A DNA stretch of 64,000 bases from Myxococcota bacterium (GTDB taxonomy: Bacteria > Myxococcota_A > UBA9160 > JAFDDA01). The notes beneath the pieces were generated by a model. That model had not been told where the DNA came from. It ran no database searches and saw nothing but the letters and a program-made list of their open reading frames with translations. The DNA lies in NCBI GenBank assembly GCA_965228475.1, contig OZ245817.1:1088001-1152000 (forward strand). The letters run 5' to 3'. Below are positions 48,151-57,693 of the stretch, piece after piece. How positions within the stretch are numbered: position 1 is the stretch's first letter; every line of letters starts with the position of its first letter. The translations under genes and the position numbers were made by a program.

Positions 48151-49026
48151 ATGAAGGCATACGAAGTCGTCGTGGATCGGATCCTGGGGCTCCTCGAGTC
48201 CGGGACCATCCCCTGGCAGCGTCCCTGGGACCCGGCGGTCGGGCTTCCGAGGAACATCCGCGGGACGGCCTACCGCGGCATCAACCTCCTGGTCCTCGGG
48301 TGCCAGGGCTACGAGTCGCCGCTGTGGCTGACGGTGCGCCAGGCGAACGAGCTCGGCGGCCACATCCGGCGCGGCGAGCGAGGTACTCCCGTGATCTTCT
48401 GGAAGTGGATCCAGTCCGCCGCCGAGAGCGACTCGGAGCAGCCGCAGCGTCAGCAGGCTCCCCTGGTCCGCTACTATCGCGTCTGGAACCTGCTCCAGAC
48501 CGACGGTGTGGAGGTGGCCTCCGCCGCGACGGCCGCTGCCCCGGAACTGGTCGAGGACAACGCCGACAGCGTCGTGACCCGCATGCCGGCTCCGCCGTCC
48601 ATCCGCCACGACGGCGGCGCGCGGGCCTTCTACCGACCCTCGACGGACTCGGTCCATCTGCCGCCTCCTGAGGCCTTCCACGAGCGCGACGGCTACCTGG
48701 CCACGCTCTTCCACGAGCTCGTCCACTCGACGGGCCACGCCTCCAGGCTGGCCCGCCCCGCGGTGACCGATGGGACGCTCTTCGGCGACCACGCCTACAG
48801 CGAGGAGGAGCTCGTCGCCGAGACCGGCGCCGCCTTCCTCTGCGCCCACGTGGGGATCTCCAACCGCACCATCGACAACGCCGCGGCCTACATCGCGTCG
48901 TGGCTCCGGGTGCTGCAGGACGACCGCCGGATGGTGCTCCGCGCTTCGCAGCGAGCGCAGCGGGCCGTGGACTACATCCTCGGCCAGGACATCGGGCCGG
49001 AGCCCCAAGAGGAGCCTCGGGAGTGA
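48151..49026 (+). CDS. ardC: ArdC-family antirestriction ssDNA-binding protein
   Basis: PWQRPW, YRGIN, GGHIRRGERG, AFYRPSTD, FHELVHSTGH, YSEEELVAE, AAYIASW. Confidence 0.92.
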   Translation: MKAYEVVVDRILGLLESGTIPWQRPWDPAVGLPRNIRGTAYRGINLLVLGCQGYESPLWLTVRQANELGGHIRRGERGTPVIFWKWIQSAAESDSEQPQRQQAPLVRYYRVWNLLQTDGVEVASAATAAAPELVEDNADSVVTRMPAPPSIRHDGGARAFYRPSTDSVHLPPPEAFHERDGYLATLFHELVHSTGHASRLARPAVTDGTLFGDHAYSEEELVAETGAAFLCAHVGISNRTIDNAAAYIASWLRVLQDDRRMVLRASQRAQRAVDYILGQDIGPEPQEEPRE

Positions 49027-49151
49027 CCGCGCGGCCTCATCCCTTAGCCGCTTCGTCGCGGCACCCTCGCTTCCACCTGGGGGCGGTGGGGTATAGTCCC
49101 GGTGTTCCGGTGGCGGAGGGACCTCCGCTACCGCGACCCCGGGGCGGGCCC

Positions 49152-49565
49152 ATGATCGTCGCCGAGTTCCTCTTCATCGCCTGCATCGTCGGTGTTCTCA
49201 CGAAGACCTGGCTGGCCTTCCTCGGGACGTTCGTCGGCCTCTACGCCCTCTATCGCTTCACCCGCCTCTCCGGTGTGCTGGCGCTCGCCCTGAGTCTCTA
49301 CTGGGGGCTCCTCGGCTATCACCTGGGCGCCTCGACCGGCGAGGTCGGCGTCGGCCCTCTGCTGGCCGTCGTGGGCTTCTTCGTCGGCGCGTGGGCCCAT
49401 CGCGACGGATTCGCGAGCCGTATGCCGGCGCCGGACCTGCACGACGCGGCTTCGCTCGAGGACGGCGCTGTCGTCGCCCACGGAGCATCTCAGCCCTCCG
49501 CGCGGGAATTCCCCAGCGCGTCGGATGGTGAGATCATCGACGTCGACTACCGCGTCGTCTCCTAG
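49152..49565 (+). CDS. Hypothetical small membrane protein
   Basis: Three to four hydrophobic segments; acidic tail IIDVDYRVV. Confidence 0.55.
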   Translation: MIVAEFLFIACIVGVLTKTWLAFLGTFVGLYALYRFTRLSGVLALALSLYWGLLGYHLGASTGEVGVGPLLAVVGFFVGAWAHRDGFASRMPAPDLHDAASLEDGAVVAHGASQPSAREFPSASDGEIIDVDYRVVS

Positions 49566-50043
49566 CTTCCTCGACGCGCCGACGGCACGCTGCACTGCAC
49601 ATCCGCCGCATCCAGGTTGGGCCCCGCCCGGCTGCTCCAGCGGAGCGTGCACGGTCAACCGTTCGCACCCACCTGGACAGCGCGCCTGCGCCTGCTCGGC
49701 ACCTGTCCGGTCGCACGGATTCAGATCCAACGGCATCTGCTTGGAACGTGTCCGGAAGCGGGACTGCACGCGGAAGTTCAGATCAGATCGCGAAAGCAGA
49801 GGACCCCTTCGGGGACAAAGCTACGGCAAGATAAGAGTGGGCCAACATTGTCGGAAGTCGCTGTTATGCATCGCGATTTCTTGGGCGATCCATCTTCGCG
49901 TGGGCCACTGTGGCCCAGCGAACATTCTCTCGAGCCGAACTCGTGCTCGGAACGCATCCGCGTTGAAAGACGGCGTGGCGCGCGCGCAGTGGCGTGAACG
50001 AAACGCAGACTTCTGCTGCGGAGGGGCTGTACTGGGGAACGTT

Positions 50044-50508
50044 CTACGGACGCCGCTTCGTAGAGCCGAGCCGCCGATCGACAGCTCGTCGCCAGGCTTC
50101 GTACCGGCGGTTCACGCACGCGGATCGCGCCTCCGACTCATCATCGGAGAGGTCTGGTAGGTAGAGCATCAGGCTCACATACTGCCGATCGACCATGGCC
50201 TCGATCCGTTCGAGTCGGTCGCCCAGCGCGCGGATCTCGGCAAGCTGACGACTCAGCCCGCCGGCCATGCGCTCTTCCAGCTCACGGAGTAGCCGGTGGG
50301 CGAGAAGCCCGGATTGTGACTCGCCTCGTGCGCCTCTTTCGACCGGACGACTGAGTTCTTCGCGGATCGCATAGAGTTCCTCGAGCATGTCCCGAACGCA
50401 GTCGGAGACGCTGCATCGCTGCACGGCCGCTTCCCGGAGGATCCGCTCGTAGAGTTCCAATCGAACGTAGGCGCGCACGCTCTGGGAACGCCGGGTTGCC
50501 TCGCTCAT
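50044..50508 (-). CDS. Ribbon-helix-helix (CopG-like) protein downstream of traG
   Basis: VRAYV..ELY..I...A....SVSD.VR; ATGA-coupled to traG, as in Tn4371-like elements. Confidence 0.65.
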   Translation of the reverse strand: MSEATRRSQSVRAYVRLELYERILREAAVQRCSVSDCVRDMLEELYAIREELSRPVERGARGESQSGLLAHRLLRELEERMAGGLSRQLAEIRALGDRLERIEAMVDRQYVSLMLYLPDLSDDESEARSACVNRRYEAWRRAVDRRLGSTKRRP

Positions 50509-52670
50509 TCGGACTTGCCCGACTGGTCGGCTTGATCGCTGTCACCTGCTTCGTCCAGAACTCGTTCGTGCAACTCGTGTCCGGAAACGGCTGTCAGGTC
50601 TTTGCCACGTTCCGCTTCTGCCGCCGGCGAACCGTCGGAGTCGCCAGGTCGCATCTTCTCGACACAGTCGGTGGCTAGTTCGGCCTGCGGATCATCTTGT
50701 GAGCCGTGTAGCCGGTCGGACTGAGGAGGTGCAGGGATGCTGACCCGTGCGCTCATTATCCGATCTTCGAAGTACCGAAACTTCGCCCCCAGGATCGGCT
50801 GAGCCCCGGACACGAAGATCAGGCTCGCGTCCTCCGGCAGTCGCATCGCCTCGTCGGGCGTCAGCAGGTGTCGCTGCGACTCCTGCTCCGAAGCCATGAC
50901 GTGCATCAGCACCGGGTTGAGGCGGTTCCCGGTGTACGTCCGGGTCTCCTTGTGCACGGTCATGGCGCCTGCCATGTCCGAGAGGAGGCGAGCCGTCTCG
51001 ACCTTGTTGGGGGCGTAGGCGACGCGGATCGGGCAGTTCGAGACGATGCTCTCGTCGCGGCCGTAGGCGGCGTAGAGCTGTGAGAGATCCTGCGCGATGA
51101 GGTACGCCTTGATGCCGTAGCCGGCCAGATAGGCCAGCTGGGTCTGGAAGAAATCGAGACGGCCCATGCTCGGGAACTCGTCCAGCATGAGGAGGAGGCG
51201 GTGACGATAGGCGCTGGCCGGTGTGCCACTGCGGAACTCCATTCGTTCGGTCAGCCGCCTCCCGATCTGGTTGATCAGGAGCCGCAGGAGTGGCCGGGTC
51301 CGGCTCAGGTCCGACGGGGGGACGGTCAGGTACAGGCTCAGCGGGCGTTCATGGTGCATGAGGTCACTGATGCTGAAGTCGGAGCAGCCCGTGTTCGCCG
51401 CGACCAGGTCGTCGTGGTAGAGGCTCAGGAACTTGATGGCCGAGGAGAGAACGCTCGAGCGCTCGTTGTCTGACTTGTTGAGGAGCGACCGCGCAGCCCG
51501 CGCGACGGCAGGGTGCGTGGGGGTGGCCTTGCCACTGCTCGGATCGAGCCAGCCCCGCTCCAGGGACGGATCGTGCTTCGTTGCGAGCATGTCGTTGAGC
51601 ACTTCATCGATGGCCCGCTGGGGGTCGGTGAGGAGATCCAGGCACCCACGGAGGCTCTTGTCCCGGCAGGCGTAGAGGACGTGCAGGATCGTGCCGGTGA
51701 GCACCTCCTGCGCGGTCAAGTCCCAGTGGTCCTTCACGCCATCGCCGTCCGGATCGACGAGCATGTCGGCGATGTTCTGGACGTCGCGGATTTCCTGCGG
51801 GCCGCGGCGGACTTCCAGGAGCGGGTTGTAGCGGGCGGCGGTTCCGTCTTCGCAGGTGGGGTCGAAGCGTAGGCATCGGCTGCCGAGCTCGCGCTGCCGC
51901 CAGCCGGCGGTGAGAGCCCAGTTCTCGCCCTTGATGTCGTTCACCAGGACGGAGTGCGGCCAGGAGAGCAGGGTGGGGATCACCCATCCGACGCCCTTTC
52001 CCGAGCGCGAGGGAGCGAAGCCGAGGACGTGCTGGGGGCCGTCGTGGCGCAGTGGCTGAAGCCGGCCTCGGCGCCGGATGGCACCGACGTAGACGCCGGC
52101 GTCGGCTAGGAGACCGGTCTTCTCGATGTCGCTCCGGTCGGCCCAGCGCGCGGAGCCGTGGCTGTCGCTGCGTCCCCCGACTCGTCGGGCCCGGCGAACG
52201 GCCAATGCGATTCCGACGACGAAGACGAAGTGCGCGGGAACGCCAATCAACCAGTGTCCGGTCTGCCAGACGGCCTCCGTCCCGGCAACGTGACCGAAGC
52301 GGAGCTCCCACCGGAAGAAGTCCCACGGCGCGTAGATGGGGCCCATCCAGGCTGCCGCAGCCAGGATGGCCACGAGCAGGCAACCAGTGGACCAGGGCCG
52401 CAGGCGGGGGAAGGCGAGGGCGGCGACCGCCGCGCCCAGCGCCGCGCCTGAGATGCCTCCGAGCCAGAGACGTTCAGAAGCGGAGGCGACGAAGAGCGGC
52501 GGTCCGAGGCCTGCCTGGTAGCTGAGCTTCCAGGCGGCCCACTGGGTCACGGCCCACAGGACCAAGAGCAAACAACCGACGATCGCGACGGCAGAGCCGG
52601 CGAGCACTCCGGCGGCGGTGTTTCGCTCACTGCTGGGCGGGAGACGGTAGAGAGACTTGGCTTGTTGCAT
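50505..52670 (-). CDS. traG: Type IV coupling protein TraG/VirD4
   Basis: HGSARWA, APSRSGKGVG, DIKGENW, LLMLDEF, AGYGIK. Confidence 0.95.
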   Translation of the reverse strand: MQQAKSLYRLPPSSERNTAAGVLAGSAVAIVGCLLLVLWAVTQWAAWKLSYQAGLGPPLFVASASERLWLGGISGAALGAAVAALAFPRLRPWSTGCLLVAILAAAAWMGPIYAPWDFFRWELRFGHVAGTEAVWQTGHWLIGVPAHFVFVVGIALAVRRARRVGGRSDSHGSARWADRSDIEKTGLLADAGVYVGAIRRRGRLQPLRHDGPQHVLGFAPSRSGKGVGWVIPTLLSWPHSVLVNDIKGENWALTAGWRQRELGSRCLRFDPTCEDGTAARYNPLLEVRRGPQEIRDVQNIADMLVDPDGDGVKDHWDLTAQEVLTGTILHVLYACRDKSLRGCLDLLTDPQRAIDEVLNDMLATKHDPSLERGWLDPSSGKATPTHPAVARAARSLLNKSDNERSSVLSSAIKFLSLYHDDLVAANTGCSDFSISDLMHHERPLSLYLTVPPSDLSRTRPLLRLLINQIGRRLTERMEFRSGTPASAYRHRLLLMLDEFPSMGRLDFFQTQLAYLAGYGIKAYLIAQDLSQLYAAYGRDESIVSNCPIRVAYAPNKVETARLLSDMAGAMTVHKETRTYTGNRLNPVLMHVMASEQESQRHLLTPDEAMRLPEDASLIFVSGAQPILGAKFRYFEDRIMSARVSIPAPPQSDRLHGSQDDPQAELATDCVEKMRPGDSDGSPAAEAERGKDLTAVSGHELHERVLDEAGDSDQADQSGKSE

Positions 52671-52776
52671 GACCGGCCTTCAGGCCGTGGAAGACCGGTC
52701 ATCGGAGGGGACCCACAGTATGCCATCTCGGTGGTCCCGTGGCCCGACCGCGTGTGGTGCGCTTCGTCGAGGGACG

Positions 52777-54678
52777 CTACCGACCCCGGTCGCGCTGGTG
52801 GCTCCGCTCCAGGTCGTCCAAGGCCCAGCGGACGCGTCGCTGCTCGCGCTCCTCCTCGGCGGCCAGCTGCGACCGCGCGCGGACGTCATGGCCGAGCTCC
52901 GCAGTATCCGCCGTGGGGATGGCCGTCAGCTCGCGGCCCGTGTCGAGCACAGCATGCCGGTCACCGTCCGCGTCCTCGGCGTACCCGACCAAGCGGCCGC
53001 GATGCACCCGGCCCGCCACCGATTCCGCCATGCGGAGGGGCTTGCCGTGCCGGCTCTGGAGTTCCTCCAGGGAGAGCGGCGTGCGCTCGCGCTGGGTCAT
53101 TCTGGCTTCTACCATCCGCTCGGCACCTCCTATGGCGATGTAGGCCTCGGAATCCCGACCACGTCCCGCCCGACGAATCAGGCCTGCCCGCTCGAGCACC
53201 GCCGCGCGAGCGTGAACCGCCTCCCACCAGCGACGCAGGAACCCCTGGCTCCGTTCCGGCGGCGCTGAGATGCTCCCTGTAGCGCGTACGGAGGCGATGG
53301 CGTCCAGGTCCAAGGGGGTCGAAGCCGAGTCCACCTGCCGAAGCCGCCGGAGCGAGCCGTGCTCGCGAGTAGCGATCCTCGTGGTGCCGTCCCGATCCCA
53401 GGCGTGGATCGTGAGGATCTCCCCGGGTCGCAGGCGCCCCTCGCCGCGCAGCCGCTGGATGGAGGGCGACTGCGGGATCACGTGCCGCTGCCCGTCCGTA
53501 CCCTCGATGATGAGGAAGGGCTGGTCGCGGGACTCGTCGAAGGCTGCGCCGGCCACGCGACCGCGCAGCTCCTCACCGGGCTCCAGGTGTCTCAGGGCTA
53601 CCGGAGCGTGGCGGTCCGAGACTCCGATTCCGGCACTCGCGAGGCTCTTCTGAATGTCGCCCGACACCTGGATCTGCCGGAGGCCAGTCTCGAGGTGCTC
53701 GGAGAGTCTCCACGACCGGTCATCCAGGCGCTGCGCCAGGCCCAGCGCCTCGAGGTAGGCGAGCCTCCGGAGGTTCTGGAGCCGGCGTTCCTGCGCGCGC
53801 GGATGGGCCGGCACGGGCTCGGAGAGCTGTACGACACCGCCTTCCGTCGCCTGGCGTCGCAGAGCCCGATCGATCTCCGTGACACGAGGGCTGTCCACCG
53901 CCCGCTCGCGCGCCTGTCGACGATCCATCTCCAGGCGTGGGCCCAAGGACCGGGTCAGCAGTTCCTGGCTGCGCCCCCGTATTCCGTGTTGCACGTAGTC
54001 CCGAGGGAATCTCAGTTCTCGTCCATGGTCGTCCACGCCGCGCACGGTGATGTGGACATGCGGATGATCGGTGTCGTAGTGGTCGATCGCGGCCCACTCC
54101 AGCCGAGTCCCCAGGTCCTCTTCCACCTGGGCGACCAATGAGCGCGCATGTGCACGGAGATCGACCTGGCCGCCGGCCTCCGGGGAGACGACCAGCTTCC
54201 AGAGCCTGCGGTCTCCGGCCTTCTGCCACTCGTCGAAGCGATCGGGCACGTAGACGTCATCTCCCTGACCGTCGAATCCGAGTCCCCGAGCCCCTTCACG
54301 CTGGGCGCCAGCTCGACTGAGGTAGTGGCCGTGCGCTCTCCACCGGCCCGGCTTCCCGGTCGGAGCGAAGGAGACCTTGACCAGGCTCCGCTGCTGGCTG
54401 CTACCTCGAGCCAGCGCTGACGGGCGATAGCCGCCGTGACGCCTCCGGCCGCCAGCAATGCTGCTCGAGACGCGCCGCAGTGCCCCGGCGCCGCCCGCCT
54501 CTCTCCGGATCTTGGAGGGGCGAAGACGGGCGGTCGCAGGTCCGTCTTGCTTCGGCTCGTGCCGCGACGGCGAAGCCGATGAACCGTCTCCGGTCTGTAG
54601 CTCCCGTTGAGGCACCTTCTCGGGCGCCTTGTCACGATCCGTCTGGATCCGACCGGGCCGCTGCCGTCGCGTGCTCAC
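52777..54678 (-). CDS. MOBP/VirD2-like relaxase with DUF3363-type C-terminus
   Basis: HGHYLSR, KLVVSPE, DLGTRLEW, HYDTDHPHVHI. Confidence 0.9.
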   Translation of the reverse strand: MSTRRQRPGRIQTDRDKAPEKVPQRELQTGDGSSASPSRHEPKQDGPATARLRPSKIRREAGGAGALRRVSSSIAGGRRRHGGYRPSALARGSSQQRSLVKVSFAPTGKPGRWRAHGHYLSRAGAQREGARGLGFDGQGDDVYVPDRFDEWQKAGDRRLWKLVVSPEAGGQVDLRAHARSLVAQVEEDLGTRLEWAAIDHYDTDHPHVHITVRGVDDHGRELRFPRDYVQHGIRGRSQELLTRSLGPRLEMDRRQARERAVDSPRVTEIDRALRRQATEGGVVQLSEPVPAHPRAQERRLQNLRRLAYLEALGLAQRLDDRSWRLSEHLETGLRQIQVSGDIQKSLASAGIGVSDRHAPVALRHLEPGEELRGRVAGAAFDESRDQPFLIIEGTDGQRHVIPQSPSIQRLRGEGRLRPGEILTIHAWDRDGTTRIATREHGSLRRLRQVDSASTPLDLDAIASVRATGSISAPPERSQGFLRRWWEAVHARAAVLERAGLIRRAGRGRDSEAYIAIGGAERMVEARMTQRERTPLSLEELQSRHGKPLRMAESVAGRVHRGRLVGYAEDADGDRHAVLDTGRELTAIPTADTAELGHDVRARSQLAAEEEREQRRVRWALDDLERSHQRDRGR

Positions 54679-55217
54679 CGCTTTCCGAGATCGATCGTCG
54701 CGAGCGGCCGAGCGCCGCCGATGACGCTCTCGGTCGGAATGGGCCCGAAGTACCGGCTGTCCCAGCTGCGTTCACGATTCGATCCCACGACCCACAGCTC
54801 GCCGTTCTCAACCGTCCGGGACCCGAACGCCACATGCTCGAGCTTCCGTCCGAGGGTGTCCGAGGTCCGAATCTCGCTGTTGTCGACCTCGCGACCATTC
54901 ACGGCAAGCCAGTCTCGACGCAGGTCCACGTGGTCGCCAGGAAGAGCCAGGATCTGCTTGAGGATCGGACTGCTGCCATCGGGGCAGTCGCCTGCCGGCA
55001 GGTAGCCACGCGATCTGCCGACGGCTGAGACCTCCGATGGAAGGCAGACCAGGACACGCGAGCCTGCCACCAGCTCGGGAGTGGTCTTCAAGTAGAGACC
55101 CACTGGCATCGACGACGTCCAGTTGACGCGGACACCCATCCAGCCCGCGAGAGGGGCAATGGAGAGCCCCACGCAAGCCGCGCAGAAGAAGACCCGCCGG
55201 CTCCGCGTAGGCGACAC
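54675..55217 (-). CDS. traF: Conjugative pilin-processing peptidase TraF (S26)
   Basis: NWTSSMPVGLY, RGYLP.G.C, LKQILALPGD, SWDSRYFGP; start uncertain. Confidence 0.88.
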   Translation of the reverse strand: MSPTRSRRVFFCAACVGLSIAPLAGWMGVRVNWTSSMPVGLYLKTTPELVAGSRVLVCLPSEVSAVGRSRGYLPAGDCPDGSSPILKQILALPGDHVDLRRDWLAVNGREVDNSEIRTSDTLGRKLEHVAFGSRTVENGELWVVGSNRERSWDSRYFGPIPTESVIGGARPLATIDLGKR

Positions 55218-55218
55218 T

Positions 55219-55470
55219 TCAGCGAGCCTGAGACGACGATCGTCTCGGTTCCTTCGACGGAACTCGGCACGCTTCTGCCCCTCGGCCCGGATCAGAGGTC
55301 GACCTCCGACGAGCCGACGAGATGTACTCGTCGAGGTCGGCGGGGTCGTAGCGGACAGCGTTCCCGAGCTTGAGGAAACCCGGCCCATTCCCCTGAAGTC
55401 GCCACTTCTGCAAGGTTCGGACGCTCAAGCCGAGGCGATTCGCTGCGTCTTGTTCCGTGAGAAGGTTCAT
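55219..55470 (-). CDS. AlpA/excisionase-like HTH protein
   Basis: LLTEQDAA..LGLSVRTLQKWR..G.GP.F.KLG..VRY. Confidence 0.88.
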   Translation of the reverse strand: MNLLTEQDAANRLGLSVRTLQKWRLQGNGPGFLKLGNAVRYDPADLDEYISSARRRSTSDPGRGAEACRVPSKEPRRSSSQAR

Positions 55471-55483
55471 TCTCCTCGGGATT

Positions 55484-55499
55484 CGCAAGACGTGTGCCA
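55484..55499 (-). promoter_or_regulatory. Sigma-54 (-24/-12) promoter of the HTH-traF-relaxase-traG operon
   Basis: Minus strand TGGCACACGTCTTGCG, full consensus GG-N10-GC. Confidence 0.8.
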
Positions 55500-55726
55500 G
55501 AGTGTTCTGGCCAAACGCATGCGAGAATTCGCATCCAGGCCGAGACAACTGTCGTTTGGTTCGTGTTGGCTGCGTGGCCAGCGCCAAGCCTGCGCGATCC
55601 CGAGAAGCAGAATGCTCGGTTGGAGTCGCCAGAAGCCGCAGGCACATGCGGACCGAGCGCCTGCGACCTTGAGGCCCTCGCGAGGCTTACGAGTGAAGAT
55701 GGCCTAGAGGTCGCCCGGTGGCAGCG

Positions 55727-55782
55727 CCGGTCAAGGATGATGTGAAGCAAGCCTATCGGCGCCCTCGGCGCCGAACACTTCG
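55727..55782 (-). other. Candidate IncP-like oriT
   Basis: Minus strand GAAG-TGT-TCGGCGCC-GAG-GGCGCCGA-TAGGCTTG-CTTCAC-ATCATCCTTG-ACCGG. Confidence 0.45.
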
Positions 55783-55986
55783 AGGGTCAGCGGAGTCCGT
55801 ACGCCTCGCCCATATCCGATCTCTAGGGCACGACGCCCGTCCACCCCTTCCCCATCCGCAGCAGCTTCTGCGCCTTGACGTGGCGCTGAACTGCTGACCG
55901 CATGGGGGTTGCCAATCAAGGCGAACTCGACTCTGGTTCAGAATCATGCTGGCGACCCCCTCCGGCCCGTCTCCGACGTGGCCGGC

Positions 55987-56020
55987 TTGTCAATCAATAT
56001 ATGATTAGCTATTCAGATGT
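55987..56020 (+). promoter_or_regulatory. Sigma-70 promoter with ArsR/SmtB-type operator
   Basis: TTGTCA-N17-TATTCA overlapped by the imperfect repeat ATATATGA-N8-TCAGATGT. Confidence 0.65.
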
Positions 56021-56043
56021 CTATTCTTAAAGGGAGGCCTGCT

Positions 56044-56430
56044 ATGGCGCGCGACGTGGTCGGGCTGGACGCCTGTACGGTGAAGGTCGTCGATGAGACG
56101 CGGGTCTCGGCAGCGAGGGATGCTCTGCTGCCCGACGACGAAGTCGAACAGCTCACCCAGCTCTTTCGCCTCCTGGGCGACGGAACGCGAGCGCGACTCC
56201 TCTACGCGCTCCTCGAGGCGGGGGAGCTGTGTGTTTGCGACCTCTCGGCTGCGACGGGCACGCCGGAAACCAACGTCTCCCATGCCCTCCGCCTGCTCCG
56301 AACCGCCGGCATCGTGAAGGTCCGACGTGCCGGCCGGATGATGTTCTACAGCCTCGACGATGCGCACGTCCGGATGCTCCTCGACCTCTCCCGTGAACAT
56401 CTTCGACACGCGCCGGGGGGCGGCTCGTAG
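56044..56430 (+). CDS. ArsR/SmtB (CadC-like) metal-sensing repressor
   Basis: FRLLGDGTR, ELCVCDL, VSHALRLLR, YSLDDAHV; GGGAGG RBS. Confidence 0.93.
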   Translation: MARDVVGLDACTVKVVDETRVSAARDALLPDDEVEQLTQLFRLLGDGTRARLLYALLEAGELCVCDLSAATGTPETNVSHALRLLRTAGIVKVRRAGRMMFYSLDDAHVRMLLDLSREHLRHAPGGGS

Positions 56431-56461
56431 CCATGAGAGCGAGTGAGCAGGAGTGGAGTGA

Positions 56462-57022
56462 ATGATGACTGCCTCTTGGGCGCAGCTTCTTCTGTACGCG
56501 AACCTGCTTGCGCACATCTCGCTCTTCGTAGGCGCGTTCTGGTGCATCGCTTTCCCAGCGCGGCGCATCTACCCGATGACCAGCCCGAACGTCTGGTACT
56601 ACGTGATGTGGTTCCTGTTCGGATTCGTGTTCATCACCAATCCGGTCTTCATCTTCCTCGATTGGAACAGCGGGCCCTGGTCGAGCGGCCTTCGTTTCTG
56701 GCTCGCTATCCCTCTGATCACTTTGGGATCTGCGTTGGTCAGCTGGGGCATCGCGACCCTGGGCGCACGGAAGACATCCGGTCTAGCGGACGAGCTGGTG
56801 GCTCAGGGCCCCTATCTCATGACCCGCAACCCGCAATACGTCGGGGACTTCTTGCTGTTTGTCGGCGTGGTGGTCTTCGCGAACTCCGGGATCGTCGCAG
56901 TGACGCACCTGTTGACCGCCCTCGTGCTGTTGATGGCGCCCTTGGCGGAAGAGCCTTGGTTGGAAGAGCAGTACGGCGAGCCCTACGTGGCGTACCGCCG
57001 TACGGTTCCGCGATACCTGTGA
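56462..57022 (+). CDS. Isoprenylcysteine carboxyl methyltransferase/PEMT-family membrane protein
   Basis: LVAQGPY..TRNPQYVG, EEPWL..YG..Y..Y...VPRY. Confidence 0.85.
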   Translation: MMTASWAQLLLYANLLAHISLFVGAFWCIAFPARRIYPMTSPNVWYYVMWFLFGFVFITNPVFIFLDWNSGPWSSGLRFWLAIPLITLGSALVSWGIATLGARKTSGLADELVAQGPYLMTRNPQYVGDFLLFVGVVVFANSGIVAVTHLLTALVLLMAPLAEEPWLEEQYGEPYVAYRRTVPRYL

Positions 57023-57054
57023 TCTTGAGCGACGTGATCGGAGGCAAATAGACG

Positions 57055-57693
57055 ATGCCGCGTCTCGCTCTGGCGATCTGGGTGCTCTGGTTCTTCGGCT
57101 TGTTCGTTCTGCGGACCATTCTCCATTGGCGCAATACCGGATCTACGGGGATCAAGGGGTTCCACGGGGGGCTGGGCTCCCTTCAGTGGTTCGCCGGAAG
57201 ATCCGTCAGCCTCGGGTTCATGCTGGCGGCACTCGCCCCGATCGGAGCGCTCCGGGGCTGGTCCGGAGGTTCCATTCTGGTTTCCTCAAGCGGGGTCCAT
57301 CAGCTGGGTGCTCTGCTCGCGCTCGTCGGGATCGTCGGCGGGCTCGTCGCGCAGCAAGGCATGGGAACCTCATGGCGGGTCGGCGTCGACGAGTCGGAGA
57401 GGACGGCGCTCGTGACCGACGGCCTCTTCGCGTGGGTTCGGAATCCGATCTTCACATTCATGCTTCTATCCGCCGCAGGCTTCCTCCTCCTGGTCCCCAA
57501 CGTCCTGGTGCTCCTTGGGTGTGTGCTCACCGTGGCTGGAATCGAGGCACAGGTCCGGGTCGTCGAGGAGCCGTACCTGCTGAAGACCCACGGACGGACC
57601 TACGAGGCGTACGCCGCGCGGGTCGGTCGCTTCTTCCCGGGCATGGGAAGGCTTCGGCGGCCAGTCGAGCCGACGCGGACCGCCAGCGCATGA
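57055..57693 (+). CDS. Isoprenylcysteine carboxyl methyltransferase/PEMT-family membrane protein
   Basis: MGTSWRVGVD, LVTDGLFAWVRNPIF, EEPYL, VGRFFP. Confidence 0.87.
   Translation: MPRLALAIWVLWFFGLFVLRTILHWRNTGSTGIKGFHGGLGSLQWFAGRSVSLGFMLAALAPIGALRGWSGGSILVSSSGVHQLGALLALVGIVGGLVAQQGMGTSWRVGVDESERTALVTDGLFAWVRNPIFTFMLLSAAGFLLLVPNVLVLLGCVLTVAGIEAQVRVVEEPYLLKTHGRTYEAYAARVGRFFPGMGRLRRPVEPTRTASA

Larger units (their letters stand above)
12527..55782. mobile_element. Conjugative element (Tn4371/IncP-like Trb T4SS, MOBP relaxase); minimum span, true ends not seen
   Basis: trbB-I, traG, traF, relaxase, ardC and radC present; no integrase or rep gene in the window. Confidence 0.8.
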
